Source of the DNA: an uncultured Bacilli bacterium
GTDB taxonomy: Bacteria > Bacillota_I > Bacilli_A > RF39 > UBA660
Assembly (NCBI GenBank): GCA_947629135.1
Contig: CANRCN010000001.1
Location: 411-64,410, forward strand
Length of the DNA: 64,000 nucleotides
Reading direction: 5' to 3'
This document shows positions 10,300-20,285 of this stretch, in pieces (position 1 is the stretch's first letter; each line of letters begins with the position of its first letter). Below the pieces are notes generated by a model. That model searched no databases, was not told the DNA's origin, and saw only the letters and a program-made list of their open reading frames with translations. Both the position numbers and the translations under genes were made by a program.

Positions 10300-10328
10300 A
10301 TTATATCACTTTATTTTTAGAAAGTAAA
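10300..10328 (-). promoter_or_regulatory. sigma-A type promoter for the minus-strand operon 10265..5682
   Basis: On the minus strand: TTTACT -17 nt- TGaTATAAT (extended -10), about 25 nt upstream of the RBS. Confidence 0.5.
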
Positions 10329-10514
10329 CTAATATAATAGTAAGTATATTCATGTTTATTGTATTTGTGATAGTTAAATAGTGTTTCTTTTGATTATTTA
10401 ATATAAATAATTAAAGTATAGAATTTAATGATTGCTTATTTTGACAATTTATGATATTATAAAGCACTGAATTGAACTTTTTCTAAGCATATGTAGTTAA
10501 TAAAGCGATAGGAT

Positions 10515-11411
10515 GTGAGATGTATGTACAATTACAAAAAAATAAAAAAAGAGATTGAAAAAATAAGAACAGAAAAATTTGATTATGAAATTAAGGAAAT
10601 ATTACCTGGAATAGAATTAATTATTTCACCATTATTAAGAAAAGTTTTGCTATTATATAATGATATTAATTATTCTTATAAAGATGGTGAAAAAATTGAA
10701 TTACTTGAAATTTTGGATGAGATAATGAAAAATAAATTTTTAGAAATTAATCCTAATCTTAATGATATAGTATTAAATCAATTTCTTGCGGTTCTAAAAA
10801 GAAATTCTTGCATATATCCTTTAGATTTTTATGTTATATCAAATGCTGTTATTTTTAAAGAAATGATTTTAGATGATGATAATCCATCTTTTATAAGAAC
10901 TAGTATGCTTAGTAATAATGGTAAGTATTTTAATGTTTTAGATAATATATATTTTACACTTAAACCATGTTTTGATAGTGATGAAGAAGAAAAAAAATAT
11001 TTAGAAGAAGAAAAGAAGATTTTAAGTTTTGTTGTTGAAAATATAAATAATTTATTAAATTTTCTATATAAAGATATTAGAATTAATCAATCATTCAAAT
11101 TTGATAAACCACATTTAGAATTAAATAAAAATGCTGAAAACTTAAATATTTATTTGAATAAATGCTTATATGAATTAATTTTTGGCTTAATCTTGAATCA
11201 AGAGTTAGATATAGAATTGATAATTCAAAATGGTGATAATATAACTTTATATAAAATTGTACAGAAAAAATGCATGAACGAACTTAATTGGATTATTTTG
11301 AACAGTAATAATGATGTTTGGACATTATCAAAATCAACTATTGAATATGAAAAAGAAAGTAAAGAAGAAAATGATAGTAAAGCAAAATTAAGAAAATTAA
11401 ATAAATATTAG
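10515..11411 (+). CDS. hypothetical cytoplasmic protein (no recognisable motif)
   Basis: 298-aa ORF, GTG 10515 or ATG 10524 with AGGA RBS; divergent from the acylation operon. Confidence 0.3.
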   Translation: MRCMYNYKKIKKEIEKIRTEKFDYEIKEILPGIELIISPLLRKVLLLYNDINYSYKDGEKIELLEILDEIMKNKFLEINPNLNDIVLNQFLAVLKRNSCIYPLDFYVISNAVIFKEMILDDDNPSFIRTSMLSNNGKYFNVLDNIYFTLKPCFDSDEEEKKYLEEEKKILSFVVENINNLLNFLYKDIRINQSFKFDKPHLELNKNAENLNIYLNKCLYELIFGLILNQELDIELIIQNGDNITLYKIVQKKCMNELNWIILNSNNDVWTLSKSTIEYEKESKEENDSKAKLRKLNKY

Positions 11412-11564
11412 TTTGTCAAATTTTGTTAATATTTTGCGACAAATTAAAAATAAGTCTTTTCAAAATGTTGTTTTTAGTTTATAATGGAAATGTTAAGTAG
11501 TTTAATTTGAAAAATAAAAACTTTATGTTTTCTTATCTAAATTAGGAAATTCAATAAAAAAACT

Positions 11565-11595
11565 TGACAATTTTATAATTTATGGTATTATAATG
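11565..11595 (+). promoter_or_regulatory. capsule locus promoter
   Basis: TTGACA (11565-11570) -16 nt- TGgTATTAT extended -10; 30 nt upstream of the cpsC-like start. Confidence 0.55.
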
Positions 11596-11621
11596 AGGCC
11601 TATGAAAAGGGGAGATGATCT

Positions 11622-12287
11622 GTGAAAGAAATTAATTTAGAAGAATTGTGGCATTATTTTATATCGAAAATTCATTTATTATTTATTATTACAGCTGTGA
11701 TATTATTATTTGGAAACATTTACCTGGTATTTTTGAAAACCCCACTTTATAACAGTTATACGACATTATCATTAATTAATGATCAAAATGTTAATTCAGG
11801 AAGTATTTCTTTAATTAATAGTATGGTACCAACTTATAGAGAACTTATTAAAAGTCGTAATTTATTATCAAAAGTAGTAAAAAATTTAGACTTGAATGTA
11901 AGTGTTGAAAGCTTGAGCAGTCAAATTGATGTTGTATCAATTGAGAGTACTTTGATGATTAAAATATCTGTTAATAATCAAAGTGCAAGTGCAGCTAAAA
12001 AAATTGCTGATGAAGTAGGAGAAATTTTTGCAGAAGAGGCTAAGGAAAAATATGCACTTAATAATATAATGGTAATTGATGCAGCTAAAGAAGCAACAAC
12101 ACCTTATAATATTAATATTGTAAGACAAAATATGATCTATCTTATGGTAAGCTTAATACTTGGATTTGGAACAATATTTATAATGTTCTATTTCGATACG
12201 TCTGTTAAGGATACAGAAATTATTGAAGATAAATTTAATTTGACTGTACTTGGTACAGTTCCTAGGGTAGGTGATAAAAATGACTAA
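11622..12287 (+). CDS. cpsC: Wzz/CpsC-family polysaccharide chain-length determinant (BY-kinase membrane activator)
   Basis: Two TM helices flanking a periplasmic Wzz-type domain; precedes the BY-kinase gene as in cps/cap loci. Confidence 0.8.
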   Translation: MKEINLEELWHYFISKIHLLFIITAVILLFGNIYLVFLKTPLYNSYTTLSLINDQNVNSGSISLINSMVPTYRELIKSRNLLSKVVKNLDLNVSVESLSSQIDVVSIESTLMIKISVNNQSASAAKKIADEVGEIFAEEAKEKYALNNIMVIDAAKEATTPYNINIVRQNMIYLMVSLILGFGTIFIMFYFDTSVKDTEIIEDKFNLTVLGTVPRVGDKND

Positions 12288-13011
12288 GAAAAACACAGAA
12301 GTTCAAACATCAAGCTTATTAATAAATGATAGTCCAAAATCATCTTTTAGTGAAGCTATTAAAGGAATTAGAACTAATTTACAATTTGCAGCTATTGATA
12401 AAGATACTAAAGTAATTCTTGTAACATCTCCAAATCCTGGAGATGGAAAAAGTTTAGTATCTTCTAATTTAGCAGGTGCATATGCTCAAGAAAACAAAAA
12501 AGTTTTAATAATTGATTGTGATTTAAGAAAAGGAAGACAAGCAGAGATTTTTGGAATAAAGAAGACTCAAACAACTGGCTATACTAATTTAATTTTGAAT
12601 TATACAAATGCTTCTTTAGGAATAATTCAAACAGAAAAAATTGAATTAAAAGATTATATATGTAAAACAGGAACAAAAAATGTTCATTTAATTCCAAATG
12701 GACCAATTCCTCCTAATCCTATTGAATTATTAGGTGCAACTAAAAATAAAGAATTAATTGAGGCTTTAAAGAAAATATATGACGTAGTTATTTTAGATTG
12801 TCCTCCAGTTTTAGGATTAAGTGATACTTTAGTTATGACTCGTTATAGTGATATTAATATTGTAGTAGTTTCCTATGGAAAAACCAAAGTTGATGATTTA
12901 GGTGAAGTTAAGAAGTCTTTTGAAAAGGCTAATGCTAAAATAACAGGTGTTATTTTAAATAAAGTTAAGAAATCAAATAATTCTTATTATTATGGATATT
13001 ATGGTGACTAG
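12271..13011 (+). CDS. cpsD: bacterial tyrosine kinase CpsD/CapB (Walker ATPase, C-terminal Tyr cluster)
   Basis: Walker A 'TSPNPGDGKS', Walker A' and B boxes, C-terminal 'YYYGYYGD' tyrosine-rich tail. Confidence 0.85.
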   Translation: MIKMTKKNTEVQTSSLLINDSPKSSFSEAIKGIRTNLQFAAIDKDTKVILVTSPNPGDGKSLVSSNLAGAYAQENKKVLIIDCDLRKGRQAEIFGIKKTQTTGYTNLILNYTNASLGIIQTEKIELKDYICKTGTKNVHLIPNGPIPPNPIELLGATKNKELIEALKKIYDVVILDCPPVLGLSDTLVMTRYSDINIVVVSYGKTKVDDLGEVKKSFEKANAKITGVILNKVKKSNNSYYYGYYGD

Positions 13012-13737
13012 GTGAAAGATTTACATTCACATATCCTAATGGGAATTGATGATGGTAGTAAATCACTTGAAGAAAGTATTGCAATATTAAAAAAAGCTCA
13101 AAAAGAAGGAGTTACTGATATTATGTTAACTCCACATTATATTAAAAATAGTAAATTTGCTTGTAACAATAAGAAAAAAGAAGAGTTATTAGAGAGCCTT
13201 AAAACAAAAATGAAAAAAGAAAAGATCAAGATAACTCTTTATTTAGGTAATGAAGTTTATATAGATTCAGATATAATTTCTTTAATTGAAGAAAATGAAA
13301 TAAAAACACTTAATAATTCCAAGTATATCTTAATTGAACTTCCAATGACAGTAGAGTTTAATGCTGCATCTAAAATTTTTTTGAAGCTAATAAAGAAAGG
13401 TTATTATCCAATTCTTGCACATCCTGAGCGATATACATATGTTCAAGATGATATTAGTAAGCTTGATGAATTTATTGATATGGGAGTTTTGCTACAAGGA
13501 AATTATATGAGTTTATATGGTAAATATGGTAGTGATGCTAAAGAGGTTTTAAAAGAACTATTAAAAAAAGGCTTGATTCATTTTTTAGCAAGTGATATTC
13601 ATCATGAAAAAAGTGAATTTCATTTAAAAAAAATTGAAAAAGATCTTTTGAAAATAGTAAAAAATCAAGAAATTGTTAAAGATTTATTAGAAAGAAATTT
13701 TGATAAGGTAGTAAATAATATAAAATTAGAAAAATAA
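13012..13737 (+). CDS. cpsB: PHP-family protein-tyrosine phosphatase CpsB/YwqE
   Basis: N-terminal 'DLHSHILMGIDDGS' metal-binding motif typical of CpsB; GTG start abutting the cpsD stop. Confidence 0.85.
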   Translation: MKDLHSHILMGIDDGSKSLEESIAILKKAQKEGVTDIMLTPHYIKNSKFACNNKKKEELLESLKTKMKKEKIKITLYLGNEVYIDSDIISLIEENEIKTLNNSKYILIELPMTVEFNAASKIFLKLIKKGYYPILAHPERYTYVQDDISKLDEFIDMGVLLQGNYMSLYGKYGSDAKEVLKELLKKGLIHFLASDIHHEKSEFHLKKIEKDLLKIVKNQEIVKDLLERNFDKVVNNIKLEK

Positions 13738-13777
13738 TACAAAAGATATATTAGGGGAAAAGATGGGAGTATAAATA

Positions 13778-15637
13778 ATGAAAAAAAAACTTACTAAAAA
13801 AAGAAATAGAATTATATTTTTTATTGTGCTAGATATTTTAACTTTAGCATTTTGCTCATATTTTGCTTTAGCACTTCGATTTGATTTCTTTGGAATAAGC
13901 GAAGTTTTTTTGCGTAATGTATATAATTATATTCCGCTTGATATAATTGCATTTTTACTTCTTTTCTTATTTTTTAAGTTATATGCTAGTATGTGGAGTT
14001 ATGCTTCGATTATTGAATTATTAAATATAGGCTTTGCTTGTACTAGCTATGAATTATTTGAATTATTTTATAAAACTCTATTAGATATTAATATGCCTAG
14101 AAGTTATTATCCACTTAAATGGCTATTATTGTTATTTTTTGTTGCATTCTTTAGATATTCTTACAGAATTGTAAGAACTATAAGAGAAAATGCAAGAAAT
14201 AAACATGCTGATGTAAATACAATGATAGTTGGAGCAGGAGAAGCTGGAAGGCTATTGATTAATGAGATTCACATTAATCAATCGCAATTTTCTAATAGAG
14301 TTTTATGTGTTATTGATGATGATGCAAATAAAATTAAATCATACATTATGGGAATTCCAATTGTAGGTGGTAGAACTTCTATTAAAGAAGAATGTAAAAA
14401 AAGAGATATTAAGGAAATAATAATAGCTATTCCTTCAGCTTCAAAAGAAGAAATTGCTAAAATTGTCGAAGAATGTCAAAAAACTGATTGTAAGATAAAA
14501 ACATTACCAAATGTTTACGAGATGATTGATCAACCTACAATGAAAAGTTTAAGACCATTATCTTATGAAGACTTTTTAGGTCGTGGTGAGATTGTTATTG
14601 ATACTGAGGATATTTCTTATAGTATTAAAGATAAAGTTGTCTTAGTAACAGGTGGAGGAGGTTCCATCGGAAGTGAGTTATGTCGTCAAATTGCTAAATT
14701 CGAGCCTACCCAATTGATTATCTTTGATATATATGAAAACAATGCTTATGATATTCAACAAGAATTAATTAGAAATTATCCTGAATTAAATTTAGAAACA
14801 ATTATTGGTTCCGTTCGAGATTATGATAGAATGGAAGTAGTCTTCAAAAAGTATAAGCCAGAGCTTGTATTTCATGCTGCTGCACACAAACATGTTCCTT
14901 TAATGGAAGATAGTCCTAACGAAGCAATTAAAAATAATTGCTTTGGAACACTTAATGTTGTAAAACTTGCAGACTTATATCAAGTTAAAAAATTCGTTCT
15001 TATTTCATCAGATAAAGCTGTTCGTCCTACAAACATTATGGGGGCAACAAAAAGAATATGTGAAATGATAGTTCAAACTTATAATAAAAAATCTAAAACT
15101 GACTTTGTAGCCGTTAGATTTGGAAATGTATTAGGTTCAAATGGCTCAGTTATTCCACTATTCTTAAAACAAATAGATGCAGGTGGTCCTGTTACCGTAA
15201 CTGATAAAAATATAACAAGATTCTTTATGACAATCCCAGAAGCCGTTTCATTGATACTTCAAGCAGAGACTTATGCAGAGGGTGGTGAAATATTTGTTCT
15301 TGATATGGGACAACCTGTTAAGATATATGAACTTGCTAAAAAGATTATTAGATTTAAAGGGTATGAACCTAATGTTGATATGAAAATTAAGATTACAGGT
15401 TTAAGACCAGGAGAAAAACTATATGAAGAATTATTAATGGAAGAAGAGGGGTTAAAAGATACACCAAATAAATTAATTCATATAGGACATCCAATTCAAT
15501 TTGATGAAGAGAAATTTCTAAGTAAACTAGAAAAATTAATTGAAGATTCTTATAAAAATCAAGATGATATTAAAGATAAAGTTTTAAGTATAGTTGATAA
15601 TTATACAATAGATAGGAGAGAAAAAAATGAGAAGTAA
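13778..15637 (+). CDS. membrane-bound UDP-GlcNAc 4,6-dehydratase (CapD/PglF/WbpM family)
   Basis: 4 N-terminal TM helices, then SDR Rossmann 'VLVTGGGGSIGSEL' and catalytic 'ATK' region; 619 aa as for CapD/PglF. Confidence 0.85.
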   Translation: MKKKLTKKRNRIIFFIVLDILTLAFCSYFALALRFDFFGISEVFLRNVYNYIPLDIIAFLLLFLFFKLYASMWSYASIIELLNIGFACTSYELFELFYKTLLDINMPRSYYPLKWLLLLFFVAFFRYSYRIVRTIRENARNKHADVNTMIVGAGEAGRLLINEIHINQSQFSNRVLCVIDDDANKIKSYIMGIPIVGGRTSIKEECKKRDIKEIIIAIPSASKEEIAKIVEECQKTDCKIKTLPNVYEMIDQPTMKSLRPLSYEDFLGRGEIVIDTEDISYSIKDKVVLVTGGGGSIGSELCRQIAKFEPTQLIIFDIYENNAYDIQQELIRNYPELNLETIIGSVRDYDRMEVVFKKYKPELVFHAAAHKHVPLMEDSPNEAIKNNCFGTLNVVKLADLYQVKKFVLISSDKAVRPTNIMGATKRICEMIVQTYNKKSKTDFVAVRFGNVLGSNGSVIPLFLKQIDAGGPVTVTDKNITRFFMTIPEAVSLILQAETYAEGGEIFVLDMGQPVKIYELAKKIIRFKGYEPNVDMKIKITGLRPGEKLYEELLMEEEGLKDTPNKLIHIGHPIQFDEEKFLSKLEKLIEDSYKNQDDIKDKVLSIVDNYTIDRREKNEK

Positions 15638-16748
15638 AAAAATATTTTTAGCTTCCCCTCATATGATGGGTAAAGAATTAGATTATGTAAAGGAAGCTTT
15701 TGAAACTAATTGGGTAGCACCACTTGGACCATTTGTTAATAAATTAGAAGATTTATTCAAAGAATATATGGGTGTTGATGGAGCTTGTGCCCTTGCAAGT
15801 GGAACAGCGGCTTTACATCTTGCTATGAAACTTGCAGGAGTCAAAAAAGGGGATTATGTATTTTGCTCAGATTTAACGTTCTCAGCAAGTTGTAATCCAA
15901 TTATATATGAAGGGGCAACTCCTGTATTCATTGATAGTGAACCTGGAAGTTATAATATGAGTCCTGTTGCTTTAGAAAAGGCATTCCTGAAATATACACC
16001 TAAGGCAGTTGTAATAGTATCTTTATATGGAATGCCTGCAACAATGGATAAATTAGTTGAAATTTGTAAAAAACATAATGTTCCAGTTATCGAAGATTCA
16101 GCTGAATCTTTAGGATCAACATATAAAGGTCAAAAACTTGGGACATTTGGAGAATACAATGTTATTAGTTTTAATGGTAATAAAATTATTACTACATCAG
16201 GTGGTGGAATGTTATTAACTAAGAGAGCAGAGGATGCTAAGAAAGCTTTATTTTGGGCAACTCAATCAAGAGAACCAGAAAGACATTATGAACATAAAGA
16301 AATTGGTTATAACTATCGTTTATCAAATGTATGTGCTGCAATTGGATGTGGTCAATTCGAACATTTAGATGAACTAATTAAGATTAAACAAGATATTTTT
16401 AATCGCTATGTAGAAGGATTTAAAGATATTCCTGAAATAGAAATGCTAAAGGAAGATAATGATAGAGTATCAACTCATTGGTTAAGTATTATGAGACTTA
16501 ATAATAGTAAAGTTAAACCTTTAGAAATAATTGAAGAGTTAGAAAAAAATAATATTGAATCTCGTCCAATTTGGAAGCCAATGCACATGCAACCAATTTT
16601 TAAAGAATATCCATTCTTTAATCATAATGAAAGTGGATTATCAGTTGGAGAAGAATTATTCCAAAATGGTTTATGTTTACCAAGTGATACCAATATGACC
16701 AAGGAAGAACAGGAAGAAGTAATTGGAGTAATTAAAAGTTTATTTTAA
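15627..16748 (+). CDS. DegT/DnrJ/EryC1-family PLP aminotransferase (UDP-4-keto-6-deoxy-HexNAc 4-aminotransferase, PglE/WbpE-like)
   Basis: Fold-type I sugar aminotransferase signature incl. 'SFNGNKIITTSGGGML' (PLP-Lys region); located between the dehydratase and the initiating transferase. Confidence 0.85.
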   Translation: MRSKKIFLASPHMMGKELDYVKEAFETNWVAPLGPFVNKLEDLFKEYMGVDGACALASGTAALHLAMKLAGVKKGDYVFCSDLTFSASCNPIIYEGATPVFIDSEPGSYNMSPVALEKAFLKYTPKAVVIVSLYGMPATMDKLVEICKKHNVPVIEDSAESLGSTYKGQKLGTFGEYNVISFNGNKIITTSGGGMLLTKRAEDAKKALFWATQSREPERHYEHKEIGYNYRLSNVCAAIGCGQFEHLDELIKIKQDIFNRYVEGFKDIPEIEMLKEDNDRVSTHWLSIMRLNNSKVKPLEIIEELEKNNIESRPIWKPMHMQPIFKEYPFFNHNESGLSVGEELFQNGLCLPSDTNMTKEEQEEVIGVIKSLF

Positions 16749-16764
16749 AAAGGGGGAAAGTAAT

Positions 16765-17379
16765 ATGTATCAAAAATACATAAAACGATTATTGGATATT
16801 ATATTGTCATTACTTGCCATTATCATTCTTTCTCCTATTTATATTATATTAGGTATTCTTGTTTTAATATTTCTAGGATATCCAATCATATTTAAGCAAG
16901 AGCGGCCTGGTAAAAATGAAAAAATATTTACTTTGTATAAATTTAGAACGATGACCGATAAAAAAGATAAGAAAGGTAACTTATTATCAGATGAAGAAAG
17001 ACTTACCAAATTCGGTAAATTTTTAAGAAGTACAAGTTTAGATGAATTACCAGAGTTGTTTAATATTTTAAATGGTGATATGTCAATTATCGGCCCTAGG
17101 CCTTTACTTATCAAATATCTACCTTATTATACGAAAGAAGAACATCATAGGCATGATATAAGACCTGGATTAACAGGACTTGCTCAAGTTAATGGTAGAA
17201 ATACTGTTGACTGGGATAGTAGATTTAAAATAGATTTAGAGTATGTAAATAATATCAGTTTTAAACAAGATATTAAAATTATATTTTTAACAATAAAAAA
17301 AGTAATAAAAAGAGATGATATTTTAGTTGGTAAAGATCAAATAATGGATTTAGATGTAGAAAGGAAGAACAAGAAATAA
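16765..17379 (+). CDS. bacterial sugar transferase, PglC/WbaP C-terminal type (undecaprenyl-phosphate amino-sugar-1-phosphate transferase)
   Basis: Single N-terminal TM and conserved 'RPGLTGLAQVNGRN' block of the PglC-like polyprenyl-phosphate transferases. Confidence 0.85.
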   Translation: MYQKYIKRLLDIILSLLAIIILSPIYIILGILVLIFLGYPIIFKQERPGKNEKIFTLYKFRTMTDKKDKKGNLLSDEERLTKFGKFLRSTSLDELPELFNILNGDMSIIGPRPLLIKYLPYYTKEEHHRHDIRPGLTGLAQVNGRNTVDWDSRFKIDLEYVNNISFKQDIKIIFLTIKKVIKRDDILVGKDQIMDLDVERKNKK

Positions 17380-18086
17380 TGAAAAAAATTTGTTATATGG
17401 GATTTAATGAGGATATAATATTAGAATTACTTGATAGTAAAGATTTTGAATTATGTTATGTTATAACTCAAAAGGATAGACTTTCAAAAACTATGTTAAA
17501 ACTTCTTAAAATATCAAAAATACCTTATTATATTGTTGAAAATAAAAATGATTTATTAAAGTATGAAGAAATGTATGATAATGTAGATTTTATACTTTCA
17601 TATTGTTTTGGAATAATTATACCAACTTCAATAGTTGAAAAACATAAATGTTTTAATATACATCCAGGAGATTTAAAAACTAATAGAGGTCCATATCCAT
17701 TAGTAAGAAATATTCTAAATAATGATAAAGAAGCGATGATAACGTTACATAAAATCGGCAAAGAAATAGATACAGGAACAATAATTGGATATTATAAAGT
17801 TTTAATAGAAAATGATGATGATAATGTTACTTTACTTACTAAATTAAATGAGGGACTTGCTAATTTATTAAATGAATTAGCAAATTACAGTGATGAAAAA
17901 GAATATCCAATAATTGAAAATGGAACATATTATAAGATGGTTAATCAAGAACAGATTTTAATAAATGAAAATGATAATTATCAAGAAATAAATAAAAAAA
18001 TAAGAGCTCAAAAGTCATATGGTGGCGCATTATATAGGTATAAAGATTATCTTGTAAGGATATCTAAAATTGAAAGCATTGAATGA
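17379..18086 (+). CDS. sugar N-formyltransferase (formyl_trans_N fold)
   Basis: 'NIHPGDLKTNRG' matches the N-x-H-x-S/G-L-L-P-x-x-R-G formyltransferase motif and 'EIDTGTIIG' matches the catalytic Asp loop (D-x-G-x-I); no tRNA-binding C-terminal domain, so not an Fmt. Confidence 0.6.
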   Translation: MKKICYMGFNEDIILELLDSKDFELCYVITQKDRLSKTMLKLLKISKIPYYIVENKNDLLKYEEMYDNVDFILSYCFGIIIPTSIVEKHKCFNIHPGDLKTNRGPYPLVRNILNNDKEAMITLHKIGKEIDTGTIIGYYKVLIENDDDNVTLLTKLNEGLANLLNELANYSDEKEYPIIENGTYYKMVNQEQILINENDNYQEINKKIRAQKSYGGALYRYKDYLVRISKIESIE

Positions 18087-18103
18087 AAGGATAATTTAAG
18101 ATT

Positions 18104-19162
18104 ATGGAATTTGAAGTAATAGATTTTTTGAGTAAGGATAAATGGCATGATATAGTTAAAGATAAGGAAGTATATTACCAATGGGAATATATTGATGCTT
18201 TTTATCAAAATAAAGAGGGCGAACCATTTTTAGCTTATGCAAAATACAATAACGATTATGTATTCAATGTATATTTTAAAAGAGACATTGCTGATGACAA
18301 ATTATTCAAAAATAAAATAGAAGCAAATAAGCATTTTGATTTAATAACTCCTTATGGCTATGGAGGAATAGACATAATAGGAAATGAAAACCAGGAATTA
18401 TTAGAATTTTATTTTAAGGAATTCGAAAATTATTGTATAGAAAACAATATAGTATCAGAATTTGTGAGATTGAATCCATTAAGTGATAATTATCGTTTTT
18501 ATTCTAATACAGATTATGAACTAATTCAATTTTCTAAAACAATATATATGAGATTAGATAATGAAGAACAAATATGGAACGATATGGAAAGTAGTTGTAG
18601 AAATAAAATTAGAAAAGCTCAAAAAAATGGATTAACTATTAAAACTGGATTTGATAAAGAAATGTTTGAGGAGTTTATCAAAATATATAAAGAAACTATG
18701 AGGAGAGATAATGCAATAGATTATTATTATTTTGGAAACAATTTTTTTGATAGCATATTTGAAAATATGAAAGATTATTCTACAATATATACAGTTTATT
18801 TTGAAAATCAACCAATAAATTCTGTAATGGTAATTTATAACAATGAAAATTGTCATTATCATTTAAGTGGGACTTTATCAGAATATATGAAGTTAGGTTC
18901 TAATAACCTATCTTTATATGAAATTGCCAAAGATTGTTGTAAAAAAGGATATAAAAGGTTTCATTTAGGTGGTGGTTATGGTGGAGATGAGAGTCCATTA
19001 TTAAATTTTAAAAAATCATTTAATAAAAATGGTGAATTAGATTTTTATCTTGCTAAAAAAATCTTCAATAAAGAAATTTATGATAAATTAGTTCTTATAA
19101 GGGAGAAAGAAGAAAATTTTGATAAAAATTCAAATTACTTTCCATTATATAGAAGTATCTAA
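18104..19162 (+). CDS. FemAB-like/GNAT-fold (Acetyltransf_6-type) transferase, putative aminoacyl or acyl transfer to a sugar amine
   Basis: ~350-aa soluble protein with the two-lobed Fem/GNAT-like pattern ('ITPYGYGGI', 'FHLGGGYGG'); located next to the aminotransferase and formyltransferase. Confidence 0.4.
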   Translation: MEFEVIDFLSKDKWHDIVKDKEVYYQWEYIDAFYQNKEGEPFLAYAKYNNDYVFNVYFKRDIADDKLFKNKIEANKHFDLITPYGYGGIDIIGNENQELLEFYFKEFENYCIENNIVSEFVRLNPLSDNYRFYSNTDYELIQFSKTIYMRLDNEEQIWNDMESSCRNKIRKAQKNGLTIKTGFDKEMFEEFIKIYKETMRRDNAIDYYYFGNNFFDSIFENMKDYSTIYTVYFENQPINSVMVIYNNENCHYHLSGTLSEYMKLGSNNLSLYEIAKDCCKKGYKRFHLGGGYGGDESPLLNFKKSFNKNGELDFYLAKKIFNKEIYDKLVLIREKEENFDKNSNYFPLYRSI

Positions 19163-19187
19163 ATAGTAGGAGGTTGAGATTAATATT

Positions 19188-20285
19188 ATGAAAAAAATAT
19201 TAATTATATGTAATTCAACAACAGGATTAATAAATTTTAGAAAAGAATTATTAATTAAATTAATAGAAGATAATAAAGTTTATATAATAGCACCAGATAC
19301 CAGTTATAAAAAAGATATTTCTAGTTTAGGATGTAGTTTTATAAATATTCAATTTGATAGACGAGGAGTTAATATTGTTAATGATTTGAAATTAATAAAT
19401 AATTTAAAGAAAAAAATAAAGGAAATTAAACCAGATGTAGTATTAACTTATACTATTAAACCAAATGTTTATGGTGGCTATATATGTAAGAAGCTAAAGA
19501 TTCCATATATTGTAAATATCACAGGTTTAGGAAGTGCTGTTGAAAATCCAGGATTACTTCAAAAATTAACTTTATTTTTGTACAAAATAGGATTAAAAAA
19601 AGCAAAATGTGTATTTTTTCAAAATAAAGAAAATCTAGATTTTATGATATCTAAGAAAATAGTTAAAGATAATTATAAATTAATTCCTGGTTCAGGTGTT
19701 AATTTAGAATATCATAAGTTGTTACCTTATCCAAATAATAAAAAAATAGTATTTCTATTTATATCAAGAATTTTATATGAAAAAGGAATTGAGGAGTATT
19801 TAAATACAGCAAATGAAATTAAAAAGAAATATCCAAATACTGAATTCCATATTTTAGGTTCTTGTGATGATAATAAATATTTGCCAAAAATTAAAGAGTT
19901 AGAGAAGAAAAAAATAGTTATTTATCATGGTGAGGTAAAAGATATTAGAGAATATCAAAAAATATCTAATTGTACAATTCATCCATCTTTTTATCCAGAA
20001 GGAATGAGTAATGTTTTACTTGAAAGTTGTGCAGCGGGGAGACCTATTATAACTACTAATCGACCTGGTTGTAAAGAAATAGTTGATGATGAAGTAAATG
20101 GCTATTTAATTAATATTAAAGATACTGATATGTTAATAGAAAAAGTAGAAAAATTTATTAATTTGCCTTATGAAGAAAAAAAACAGATGGGATTAAATGG
20201 TAGAAAGAAAGTTGAAAAAGAATTTGATAGAAATATTGTAATAGAAGCTTATATGAAAGAGATAATGGAGGTTGAAAATGTTTAG
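19188..20285 (+). CDS. GT4-family glycosyltransferase
   Basis: GT-B retaining GT4 EX7E region 'YPEGMSNVLLESCAAGRPIITTN'; AGGAGG RBS. Confidence 0.8.
   Translation: MKKILIICNSTTGLINFRKELLIKLIEDNKVYIIAPDTSYKKDISSLGCSFINIQFDRRGVNIVNDLKLINNLKKKIKEIKPDVVLTYTIKPNVYGGYICKKLKIPYIVNITGLGSAVENPGLLQKLTLFLYKIGLKKAKCVFFQNKENLDFMISKKIVKDNYKLIPGSGVNLEYHKLLPYPNNKKIVFLFISRILYEKGIEEYLNTANEIKKKYPNTEFHILGSCDDNKYLPKIKELEKKKIVIYHGEVKDIREYQKISNCTIHPSFYPEGMSNVLLESCAAGRPIITTNRPGCKEIVDDEVNGYLINIKDTDMLIEKVEKFINLPYEEKKQMGLNGRKKVEKEFDRNIVIEAYMKEIMEVENV

Noticed and set aside
11403-11440. Inverted repeat 'tttgtcaaa ... tttgcgacaaa' after the hypothetical gene at 10515-11411, considered as a terminator
   Set aside because: The arms are short and imperfect and no T-run follows. 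It may be a regulator site upstream of the cps promoter, but there is too little signal to call.
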